Part shown: piece after piece, positions 1 through 8,080 of the stretch
Layout of the letters: the number at the start of each line of letters is the position of its first letter
Numbering within the stretch: position 1 is the first letter of the stretch
Assembly: GCA_030747675.1 (NCBI GenBank)
Contig: JASLKH010000061.1
Span: 1-15,460, forward strand
Direction: 5' to 3'
Length of the DNA: 15,460 bases
DNA from: Candidatus Thalassarchaeaceae archaeon
GTDB lineage: Archaea; Thermoplasmatota; Poseidoniia; Poseidoniales; Thalassarchaeaceae
The notes under the pieces: generated by a model
The model's database searches: none
Told to the model about the DNA's origin: nothing
What the model saw: the letters and a program-made list of their open reading frames with translations, nothing else
Made by a program: the position numbers and the translations under genes

Positions 1-187
1 AATGTAGGCGCAGAATCTACAATTGATTTAGCACAGGGCACCCATATGAATGGCTACTTTTTCTTCCTAAGAAAAACGACTTTCTAGGTGTTTCCCCAAC
101 GCCACTATATCTAAGAAGCCTCTCGTGGGTACATGGTCACAGATAAATCCGAGCGCTTAGATACTCTATCTCAGGTGGTCGTTTAAC

Positions 188-1597
188 GTGCACCGCAAGA
201 ACTTCGGCCGCAACCGTGTGCTTCAGCCTTCGGCGGCCTACACTCCAGCCAACGAGCAGGAAGTCCTGGAAATCCTCGACCGGCATCGTGGCCAGAGCAT
301 CCGTGCTGTTGGTCGGTTGCATAGTTGGAGCGAGGCTATTCTCGGTGATGGTGTGCAACTTGACCTGCGCCGGTTGGACGATGTATTGCTCGAGCAAGAT
401 GGCGATCAGTTCGTTGCCACGGTTGGGGCTGGCTGCCAAATTAAGCGTCTTCTCAAAGAACTGAATCGCGGCGGTGCCACCCTCCACTCTCTAGGTCTAA
501 TCAGTGTACAGACGATTGCAGGCGCTATCTCCACTGGTACACATGGTTCGGGGCGCAATAGTATGTCACACTACGTTGAGGAGGCGCGATTGGCGCGATA
601 TGACGAATCAACAGGAAAGGCATTCATCGATGAGTTGAGTGCTGGAGATCCGTTATTGGCAGCTCGTTGTTCATTGGGTTCGCTAGGAATTATTCTGTCA
701 GTGAAAATACGATGCCGCCCACAGTACAACGTACAGGAGCACTTCACCGAGACTCGACGACTGGAAGATGTTCTGGATGCTGAAGATTCATATCCACTCC
801 AGCAGTTTTTTTTCATCCCATGGCGCTGGTCATACTTCATTCAGCACCGATGCGAGGATACTGGTAAACGGTCCTTCCTTGCCAAACTGTATCGCATTTA
901 CTGGTTGGGAGTGATGGACTATGGCATGCATCTGAAAATATTGTTCCTAGAGCGTATATTGCGAAGCCGGCGCATGATTCGGTTTACTTTTCGCCGCATA
1001 ATCTCTTTATTCGTAATTCGTAAATGGAAGGTCACTGATCGTTCCTCGTCCATGTTAGTGATGAAGCACGAAGCCTTTCGACATATTGAGATTGAATTAT
1101 TCGTACCCCGAGACCAGTTAGCTGAGGCCCTAAGATTTACCAAAGAAGTCATCGAGGTTGCTGGGAAAAAAGATTCAGCACTGTCAGAGGTTAATCAGCG
1201 TCGAATCAATGATATTGGCATGCAAGATGATCTGGATGAGCTTCAAAATCAGTACGGCCAACACTACCCCATCTGCGTGCGACGAGTGCTTCCTGATGAC
1301 ACTTTGATATCGATGGCTAGTGGCGGAGGTCAAGACTGGTATGCGGTGAGTTTCATCAGTTATGCAAGACCTGCGCGTAGATCTGGGTTTACCCTATTCT
1401 CGAGGTTCATGGCCCGAAGTATGTCCCAACTATTCCAGGCGCGCCCTCATTGGGGTAAAATCAACCCTCTAGAGGCAGGAGAACTGACGTCATTATACCC
1501 TAGATTCGATACTTTTCGCACTGTGTGCAAGACGCTTGACCCACAAGGCGTCTTTCAAAATGAATGGACAACTGCATTGCTGGATGCAAATGATTAG
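188..1597 (+). CDS. FAD-linked oxidoreductase, D-arabinono-1,4-lactone/L-gulonolactone oxidase (ALO/alditol oxidase) family
   Basis: 469-aa ORF. It has an N-terminal FAD_binding_4-type sequence (NFGRN...RAVGRLHSWS, where the His sits at the usual covalent-flavin position), TIAGAISTGTHGSG, and ARCSLGSLGII. The C-terminal ALO-type motif ARPHWGK is present. The GTG start is preceded by SD-like AGGTGG (173-178). Substrate cannot be assigned. Confidence 0.85.
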   Translation: MHRKNFGRNRVLQPSAAYTPANEQEVLEILDRHRGQSIRAVGRLHSWSEAILGDGVQLDLRRLDDVLLEQDGDQFVATVGAGCQIKRLLKELNRGGATLHSLGLISVQTIAGAISTGTHGSGRNSMSHYVEEARLARYDESTGKAFIDELSAGDPLLAARCSLGSLGIILSVKIRCRPQYNVQEHFTETRRLEDVLDAEDSYPLQQFFFIPWRWSYFIQHRCEDTGKRSFLAKLYRIYWLGVMDYGMHLKILFLERILRSRRMIRFTFRRIISLFVIRKWKVTDRSSSMLVMKHEAFRHIEIELFVPRDQLAEALRFTKEVIEVAGKKDSALSEVNQRRINDIGMQDDLDELQNQYGQHYPICVRRVLPDDTLISMASGGGQDWYAVSFISYARPARRSGFTLFSRFMARSMSQLFQARPHWGKINPLEAGELTSLYPRFDTFRTVCKTLDPQGVFQNEWTTALLDAND

Positions 1598-1629
1598 CAA
1601 ACGTGAGAATGAGAATTGGAGGATTAAGA

Positions 1630-2748
1630 GTGTTGAAATATCTTAAATATTATATTCCAGCCATAACAGGTATTTTGGGCATTTTGTTTTTTTCAATGGG
1701 ACAAAATTACCCCACTTTTTTCTTTATTAGCTGGTCAATTTTCATGATCATCGGAGACTATGTTTTGCCCAGGGATAAGGAAATCCAGCAATTTTCACAC
1801 CCTAGCATATTGAATTTTTCGATTTATATCAATCTACCAATATTATTCTGTCTAATATTCTTAGTGATATCGATTTTTAGTAGCAATCCCCCTAGTTGGT
1901 ATGTCGATGGATTAAATTCACAATTCAATATTGATTTTATCCAAATAAAAGAATCTTTTACTATAATTGATAAAATCGCTTTGATATCCCAAACCGCATT
2001 ATTTGTTGGTATACTTGGCACAGTGCCCGGTCATGAGTTAGTCCATCGGAAGAAGAATAAATTTGACATGTTCATTGGAAATTGGCTATTGGCGTTTTCG
2101 TGGGATTGTACTTTTGCTATCGAGCATGTTCATGGACATCACAAAGATGTATGTTTAGATGAAGATCCAGCCTCTGCAAAAAGAGGAGAAAATATCTATT
2201 TATTTATTTTAAGAGCCACTTTACAAGAACAAATAAGTGGCTGGAAGATTGAAACAGAACGATTAAAACGAAGAAAGCTTAACGTTTTTAGTATTCAAAA
2301 TAGGATGATTATTGGATATTTTAGAAGCCTAAGTATAACGATAGCAGCGTTTATTTTTTGTGGACTAGCTGGAATGTTGATTTTTCTTTTATGTGCTTTC
2401 TTAGCAAAATTACTTTTGGAAGCTATAAATTATATTGAACATTATGGTCTTGTAAGAGAAAGAGGAAAGCAAGTAAATATGCGGCATTCGTGGAACTCAA
2501 ATCATTTACTAAGTAGTATTTACCTATGCAATGTGACAAGACATTCTGACCACCACAGAGCTGCAAATTTGAAATTTTGGGAACTAAATCCATGCCCTGA
2601 AGATGCCCCACTCTTGCCATATGGATATTTATCAATGTTATATTTGGTATTGTTTACACCATTTCTATACACTAAATTAATGGCGAAAGAATTGATTGAC
2701 TGGGATCAAAACTATGCTACTGAATATGAGAGAAATTACAACATGTAA
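1630..2748 (+). CDS. alkB: AlkB/XylM-family integral-membrane non-heme di-iron monooxygenase (alkane 1-monooxygenase-like)
   Basis: All His boxes of the family are present: HELVH, EHVHGHH, NYIEHYG and TRHSDHH, with several hydrophobic TM segments. The ORF track starts at GTG 1603, but GGAGGA (1618-1623) favours GTG 1630 or TTG 1633 (MLKYLKYY...). Substrate is not proven. Confidence 0.88.
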   Translation: MLKYLKYYIPAITGILGILFFSMGQNYPTFFFISWSIFMIIGDYVLPRDKEIQQFSHPSILNFSIYINLPILFCLIFLVISIFSSNPPSWYVDGLNSQFNIDFIQIKESFTIIDKIALISQTALFVGILGTVPGHELVHRKKNKFDMFIGNWLLAFSWDCTFAIEHVHGHHKDVCLDEDPASAKRGENIYLFILRATLQEQISGWKIETERLKRRKLNVFSIQNRMIIGYFRSLSITIAAFIFCGLAGMLIFLLCAFLAKLLLEAINYIEHYGLVRERGKQVNMRHSWNSNHLLSSIYLCNVTRHSDHHRAANLKFWELNPCPEDAPLLPYGYLSMLYLVLFTPFLYTKLMAKELIDWDQNYATEYERNYNM

Positions 2749-2770
2749 TGGAGTAAATAATTACTCGATT
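2747..2770. terminator. Imperfect palindrome between convergent alkB and SDR stops; candidate bidirectional terminator
   Basis: AAT-G-GAGTAA-ATAA-TTACTC-G-ATT: a 6-bp perfect core plus a 3-bp extension after one mismatch. It fills the 21-nt gap between the two stop codons. Confidence 0.35.
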
Positions 2771-3606
2771 CACTCATCGAGCATCTTCTCAGTTAATTCC
2801 CACAACCTGGTTGCATTTACATCATTTCGTGCAGCCCGATTCCCCTTTCTTCGTTTTGATGTCGACCAGTATTCCCCAGTGGAACTACCTGCATCGTCGC
2901 TTAAAGCAAGATGTAATCCTGTTTTCGCTCCCCTTTTTGAACCAATCATTGTTAATCTGAAAAGAGGCCAAAATAATCGCATAATTCCGCGAGCATCTTC
3001 GGCAAATCGAGTTCTAACAACTCCTGGATGGAATGAATGTGTGATGATACCAGTGCCTTCTAATTGACGTGCCAATTCACGTGTAAAAAGAATGTTGCAA
3101 AGTTTGGAATTACAATAAGTTCGCCATTGGCTATAGCGCTTATTTTCAAAATTTAGGTTGGTAAAATCAAGTCGTGACATCTTGTGGGCTTCGGAAGCAG
3201 TATTGACGATTCGACTATTTTCCGTTGACTTAAGTAGGGGTAAAAATGCCTGGGTCATGGCAAAATATCCAAGGTGGTTGACTCCAAAGGTCATTTCGTT
3301 TCCTTGAGCAGTATGTTCCCGGTTACCCCATAGCGCACCAGCATTGTTCAGTAAGACATCTAGCCGGTCAAATTTAGCGGTATATTCTGCACAAAGTATT
3401 GGAATATTTTCTAAATCACTCATGTCACATAACATCATTTCGATAGATTCGCCAAATTCCGATTGCAATTTTTCAAGGGCAGGGGCACCCCGTTCCTTTC
3501 CACGACTCACCATTACAACATGGAAACCAGCTTTCGCCATACCACGACACATCTCGAAGCCAATGCCAGAATTTCCCCCAGTTACGAGGCACACACGTTG
3601 AGTCAT
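2770..3606 (-). CDS. Short-chain dehydrogenase/reductase, retinol dehydrogenase/WWOX-like subfamily
   Basis: Rossmann motif TGGNSGIG, LLNNAG, FGVNHLGYF, catalytic YCNSK (YxxxK), and HPGVVRT. The start is most likely ATG 3606, 1 nt after the upstream TAG, or ATG 3621. The extension to 3699 in the ORF track overlaps the upstream gene. Confidence 0.92.
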   Translation of the reverse strand: MTQRVCLVTGGNSGIGFEMCRGMAKAGFHVVMVSRGKERGAPALEKLQSEFGESIEMMLCDMSDLENIPILCAEYTAKFDRLDVLLNNAGALWGNREHTAQGNEMTFGVNHLGYFAMTQAFLPLLKSTENSRIVNTASEAHKMSRLDFTNLNFENKRYSQWRTYCNSKLCNILFTRELARQLEGTGIITHSFHPGVVRTRFAEDARGIMRLFWPLFRLTMIGSKRGAKTGLHLALSDDAGSSTGEYWSTSKRRKGNRAARNDVNATRLWELTEKMLDE

Positions 3607-3607
3607 G

Positions 3608-4096
3608 CTAATCGGTTGCATGTCCCCTTCTTGAATTAATTTGTTTTGAGTCTGGAACACTTTCCTTCCACATTGATACTCCCCAGATCCCTTCCCCATT
3701 GTGGACGTCGTATCTCAAATCGGAAAACTGCCAAAAGCACCAGTCATTTTCAAGATGAGTATTCACAATTTCGATTAACCCTTCCTTTCCTTTTCCACCT
3801 TCCAAATTAGAAGAGGTCAGACGTTTCCAACCGATTATTTCTCTATTTGGGTTTGGATTTTTCAATAATTTCATTATAGGTTTGGCCCAAACTTCTCGGC
3901 CCCTCTCTATACCATGGGAAATATTTCCAGATGGTATCCAATCGTCACTCATTTTCTCATTGACCCTAGAATTCAATCCAGGTGATTTCGATAAGGATAC
4001 CCAATTTAGTGCTCCAATATCATTGTTGATATCATCTATTTCTTCAGAGATTATTATGTCCCATATCACTCTGGGACGTTTACTGTTGCCTGGCAT
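3608..4096 (-). CDS. Hypothetical protein with two internally repeated DUF1737-like modules
   Basis: 162-aa ORF with its own TATA box 25 nt upstream and tight coupling to the SDR. Internal similarity: GLNSRVNEKMSDDW versus GLIEIVNTHLENDW. The family label is from pattern memory only. Confidence 0.7.
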   Translation of the reverse strand: MPGNSKRPRVIWDIIISEEIDDINNDIGALNWVSLSKSPGLNSRVNEKMSDDWIPSGNISHGIERGREVWAKPIMKLLKNPNPNREIIGWKRLTSSNLEGGKGKEGLIEIVNTHLENDWCFWQFSDLRYDVHNGEGIWGVSMWKESVPDSKQINSRRGHATD

Positions 4097-4120
4097 AGTT
4101 TTTTTCGGAAATTAGCCAAG

Positions 4121-4133
4121 TATAAACCCTTCC
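4121..4133 (-). promoter_or_regulatory. Archaeal BRE/TATA promoter for the hypothetical-SDR unit (probably leaderless)
   Basis: The minus strand reads GGAAGGG-TTTATA. The TATA box (4126-4121) ends 25 nt before ATG 4096, which is canonical archaeal spacing. Confidence 0.6.
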
Positions 4134-4143
4134 AATTCGGAGA

Positions 4144-7100
4144 TCAGACAGGAGTATTACAAGATGGACATTGACTGTGGTTGGCAATTGCTACAGCGGC
4201 AGCGAAACCATTGCACCCCTTGCATTGCCACCATGCATCATCAGCAGTCAAAACTTGACCTGTAACGATACAAGTGAAAGTCGGTAATGTTGACGTTGCC
4301 TCACCCTCTTGAGCGCTAGCACTCGATGATACGCTTCCAAGTTGATCAAAAGCACCAGTTAGAGTAGGTGCAGTAGCGCCGCGCAATTCAGCAATCTGTT
4401 CCTCATTCCACCCTGATGCGCGCAATTGTTCATCTGTGAAATTCTCAGGGGACTGATCTTCGACCACAACTTCTGGCTGAACATAGGCAACTGGTTCCTG
4501 TATTACAGGGGTAGATACAGGCATCGGGCCTGGTGCACCAGGCATTGGACCTGGTGGGCCTGCTGCCGCTGGTTGTTCCGTTTGGACATCAGGTCTCTCA
4601 CCTTCATCATCTTGGTACTCGTATTCATCATCATCATCATGATTTTCCAGAGAACTAGCTCTTCTTAGAATCATAGAAACCATGGCGATAACAAAAGTGA
4701 TGAATAATATTGCGAGAACGATACCAAGAACTTCCATGCTGAATATACTACTCAATGCCCCAGCCTTGGCCTGTTCATCGTCTGCAGTTTTTAGATGAGT
4801 CATTCCACTTGTCCATATTATCGTCCCTCGGTCATCAACTAATTCGAAAGACAAAGTTCTTGCCAAATCATCTTTTTGAAGTGCAATATCACATACTATG
4901 ACACCAGTGTAGGATGGGCCAGGGTATGAAACAGGAAGTACCAACGTGACGGAACCGTTCTGGGCTTGCGGACTGCAATCAATAGTAACTGTATCAGGTA
5001 TTGTATGTGTCAAGTAAACAGAAATCGGCATCGTTGAGTCAGATGTCACATTAATCTGAAATTGGCTATTTTGGTCAGGTTTGAATTTAACTGTGGGGTC
5101 AAGGTCCCAGTTTACTTGCAAATCCCTCCGTTGGTTAACAGAAATTTCAATGGATGTGGATGTTGTGACTGTAACATCGGTAGAGAAAACCTTGCCACCC
5201 TCAATTTCTACAGAGACTACCACAGTAGTTCCTAGGGTAAATGCAGTATCTGTTTCAAAGGTGAGTAATAATTCCTCTTCACCACCTGGTGCTAAGGGGA
5301 TATCAACCCACCCATTCAACTGACCAATTCCTCTAGATGAGTGCAATTGTACAAACATCCCTGGGTGGATTGAATCGACCGTAGCTCGTGCGCGAAGACT
5401 TGTATCGTAGGTGTTACCACTATTACGAAGAATCAGTGCATGTGATATCGATTGACCAACCCAGGCAGACTGGGATTCAACAACAAAAGAATCTATTTCT
5501 GGGACGGCAATTCTACGAGTCTGAAATGACCAGTAGGAACTATCTTCCTCAGGTGTTTCTGATGAGTCGTCAAACGATATGGATCGGAAAGTCAGGTCGA
5601 ATATTTCGTCAGCCTCGACACTCCCTGGGATATCGATCCATAGATTAGCACTGACTTGGTGATTGCCATCGTAAATTGTTGAGAGACTCAATGGGCCAGA
5701 TAAAACTGCACCATCAACATCAACCCACCATGTCCATGAATTAGGTGTATTCAAGGAAAATACGACATTGTCTGCACCATTACCTAAGTTTTCAATTTGG
5801 AATGGTAATGCAATGGGGGATCCGGGTGTAATTTCAGAAGGTGGCTGATCCATGGTTAGTGTCAGATCAAATGATTGACGAACTCGAATTGAAGAAAACA
5901 CAGACTCCGTTGCCGACATACCAGATTCAGTCGAGATAGCATGAGGTGTAACCATGGGCGCCGGGTCATTTGCTAGGACCGATTCGGGTGCAATGAATGA
6001 AACAAATACCGTGGCAGTGCTACCTGGCGCAATAACAACAGATGAAGACCCTTCAATGGCTACAGTCCACCCGAAAACCCCAGATGTGTCAAAACTAAAT
6101 CCGTATGAATCCTGTTGAGTAGCATTGTTCCAAATTGTAAATGGGATGGTGATTTTTTCATTGGGTGAGATCCACCATCCTTCTGCAGGGATGTTACTTG
6201 GGTCAACTCCAACATGGCCTGAAGAAACCATTGCTGCGGTTACATTTGCTCTGATTGTGGCAACACTGTTGGGGTTTGCTTGGCTTGTTGCCAAAAATTC
6301 ACTTGATGCACGTAACCCTGGTAGTGCCCCCCCAGGTAAATTCGCAGTAATCCAAATTGATTCAGTTTCACCTGCACCAATAGTAATCGTTGTGGCTTGG
6401 TCCCATTTTAGTCCGAATGTCCATCCATCATGTGTCAATATTTCAGAGGAAGTAAGTGTGAATGTATCTTGCCCATCACCAATATTTTCCAATGTAATTT
6501 CGAAATCACAAGCGTTCCCTGGAAGGCAATAGAATCCAGGGTCTTGCTCAACCCAACTGGGTTCGTAATCAGGATCCACTACGAATGATGCTGTTGTTGA
6601 AGCAGTAACTGATGCTTCAAGACTTTGGAGAGTAACCTGAACATTGGATGAACCTAAAGCAGAACCTTCGGATGGTTGCACGAGTAATTTGACATTACGG
6701 GATTCCCCAGGGGCGAGTTCAATACGCACACCATCGGGAATCATTGAGCCAGTCATGTGCTGGAATCTATGGTTCCAACCAGTAGGTAGATTTTGAACAT
6801 CAAGAGCTACTTCATCAGTCAAATTTCCATTATTTGAGAGAGAAATTGTTGTTTCCGCCCACTCGCCAGCCTTTGCATGACCTGATTGCCCAGAACTAGC
6901 ACTCAAAGAGAACTCATCAGGTCGTGCCTTCTGGTCGTAGAACATCACAATATCCTCAATCCAGTGACCAATATTGGTTCCAGCAGCATTAGAATGGAAA
7001 TTAATTCTGAATTTGAATTGGCTATTCATTGCACTAGCAGGCATACCCCAATATGGGACTACATTGTTTCCAACTTGGTTAACACTAATCAGCCAACTAC

Positions 7101-8013
7101 TTCCGTCTGATATGAAGTCTGTATCGACATCGGCACTCACGGTGGATGGAGAAATTCGTTGCCAAGAGTTTCCATTCCAGACATCAATGTCCATACCATC
7201 TCCACTATCTGCTGGCGGATTCCCTGACCATGAACTTCCTGTGTAAAAGAAACCGAGGCCGATGCCACGGGTTGGATTTGGATGCGCATCTGACGTATCT
7301 ATTGTAGCGCTAATTAGTGATGTGTCCCAATTGTTACCGTAGTTCGAGGATGAGGATGTTCCACCCACGTGAAATGAATTACTTCCACTAAGGGATGCTT
7401 CGGATGACAAATACCAGTTAGAACCGAGTGTCCACGAACCAGTTGCCTCAGCACGGTCGTAGAGATTACCAATAGTCAAACTTCGAGTGCCCACATTATT
7501 GCCTGTATTCGCATCATTAGCTAGCATTGTTTCCACACGAATGGTGTGGTTTCCGGTGTAGTCTGGGATCCAACTTGTTGATACAGTTGCTTGAGTACCT
7601 GGGGCGATTATTGGGACTGAGAATGTATGTGAATATAGAATGAAATCAGCGTATTCATCGTGCAAGATATCGAGCTGCATGGAAAATGATGTGGTGGGTG
7701 TATCACCGAAATTTTCGACTCCAACTTCAATAGTTTGAGAGACCATGTACATGCCATCAATAATCCACAAATCTGCCGGGCGATTCATACCAATTGATGA
7801 TGGATTTTGCGAAGAAAGTGCAGCATACTCACTGTGATCAGCAGTACTCGTATAACTCACAGTAGCACTAACTGGAGATACATCCATCCCTGCAACACGA
7901 CCAGATGAAGCACTTGTACTATCAAAAGAAATGAGCGAAATTGTCAGTAGTAGAACTAGAATCACGGCAAGGCGGGGGGATGCCCGATTGGATTCTATCT
8001 GCATACGCCTCAT
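4144..8013 (-). CDS. Large membrane-anchored surface protein: signal peptide, CARDB-like Ig domain, MAM/adhesin-like jelly-roll, multiple NEW3/Ig-like domains, C-terminal TM, acidic/Pro-rich tail and Zn finger
   Basis: 1289-aa ORF with an N-terminal hydrophobic signal (LAVILVLLLTISLISF). A CARDB-like motif is present (GNHTIRVETMLANDANTGNN). Ig-like units repeat (L.N.GN..D...L, I.N.G.G.DTF.L, I.NNATQQDSY, IENLGNGADNV, LRNSGNTYD). The TM segment is GIVLAILFITFVIAMVSMILRR, and the C-terminus carries CxxC...CxxC. The start is ATG 8013 or 8004. Confidence 0.85.
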   Translation of the reverse strand: MRRMQIESNRASPRLAVILVLLLTISLISFDSTSASSGRVAGMDVSPVSATVSYTSTADHSEYAALSSQNPSSIGMNRPADLWIIDGMYMVSQTIEVGVENFGDTPTTSFSMQLDILHDEYADFILYSHTFSVPIIAPGTQATVSTSWIPDYTGNHTIRVETMLANDANTGNNVGTRSLTIGNLYDRAEATGSWTLGSNWYLSSEASLSGSNSFHVGGTSSSSNYGNNWDTSLISATIDTSDAHPNPTRGIGLGFFYTGSSWSGNPPADSGDGMDIDVWNGNSWQRISPSTVSADVDTDFISDGSSWLISVNQVGNNVVPYWGMPASAMNSQFKFRINFHSNAAGTNIGHWIEDIVMFYDQKARPDEFSLSASSGQSGHAKAGEWAETTISLSNNGNLTDEVALDVQNLPTGWNHRFQHMTGSMIPDGVRIELAPGESRNVKLLVQPSEGSALGSSNVQVTLQSLEASVTASTTASFVVDPDYEPSWVEQDPGFYCLPGNACDFEITLENIGDGQDTFTLTSSEILTHDGWTFGLKWDQATTITIGAGETESIWITANLPGGALPGLRASSEFLATSQANPNSVATIRANVTAAMVSSGHVGVDPSNIPAEGWWISPNEKITIPFTIWNNATQQDSYGFSFDTSGVFGWTVAIEGSSSVVIAPGSTATVFVSFIAPESVLANDPAPMVTPHAISTESGMSATESVFSSIRVRQSFDLTLTMDQPPSEITPGSPIALPFQIENLGNGADNVVFSLNTPNSWTWWVDVDGAVLSGPLSLSTIYDGNHQVSANLWIDIPGSVEADEIFDLTFRSISFDDSSETPEEDSSYWSFQTRRIAVPEIDSFVVESQSAWVGQSISHALILRNSGNTYDTSLRARATVDSIHPGMFVQLHSSRGIGQLNGWVDIPLAPGGEEELLLTFETDTAFTLGTTVVVSVEIEGGKVFSTDVTVTTSTSIEISVNQRRDLQVNWDLDPTVKFKPDQNSQFQINVTSDSTMPISVYLTHTIPDTVTIDCSPQAQNGSVTLVLPVSYPGPSYTGVIVCDIALQKDDLARTLSFELVDDRGTIIWTSGMTHLKTADDEQAKAGALSSIFSMEVLGIVLAILFITFVIAMVSMILRRASSLENHDDDDEYEYQDDEGERPDVQTEQPAAAGPPGPMPGAPGPMPVSTPVIQEPVAYVQPEVVVEDQSPENFTDEQLRASGWNEEQIAELRGATAPTLTGAFDQLGSVSSSASAQEGEATSTLPTFTCIVTGQVLTADDAWWQCKGCNGFAAAVAIANHSQCPSCNTPV
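4518..4556 (-). repeat. Imperfect 21-nt-period tandem repeat encoding PGPMPGA/PGPMPVS
   Basis: CAGGCATCGGGCCTGGTG (4518-4535) and CAGGCATTGGACCTGGTG (4539-4556) lie within the Pro-rich cytoplasmic linker. Confidence 0.7.
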
Positions 8014-8056
8014 TGCTCACTATATTGGTGAATTTATCAACACGTCGGTCAAGAGG

Positions 8057-8070
8057 TCGAGAAAACTCGA
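8057..8070 (-). terminator. Candidate terminator/hairpin after the two-TM hypothetical gene
   Basis: The minus strand reads TCGAG-TTTT-CTCGA, a perfect 5-bp inverted repeat with a T-run, about 10 nt after the TGA at 8081. Confidence 0.3.
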
Positions 8071-8080
8071 TTAGGCAATT

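Noticed and set aside
1-87. Open frame +1 from the window edge (NVGAESTIDLAQGTHMNGYFFFLRKTTF*), possibly the 3' end of an upstream gene, with a weak hairpin at 66-88
   Set aside because: It is only 28 codons with no recognisable motif and cannot be distinguished from chance without upstream sequence.
188-2770. Integron cassette or IS-mediated origin for the two foreign-looking genes
   Set aside because: No attC-like GTTRRRY/RYYYAAC pair, terminal inverted repeats, target-site duplication or recombinase gene could be found in the window.
4528-4543. Perfect 16-bp palindrome GCCTGGTGCACCAGGC
   Set aside because: It lies inside the coding Pro-Gly-Ala-Pro-Gly linker. CCN/GGN codon complementarity explains it, and there is no evidence for a regulatory role.
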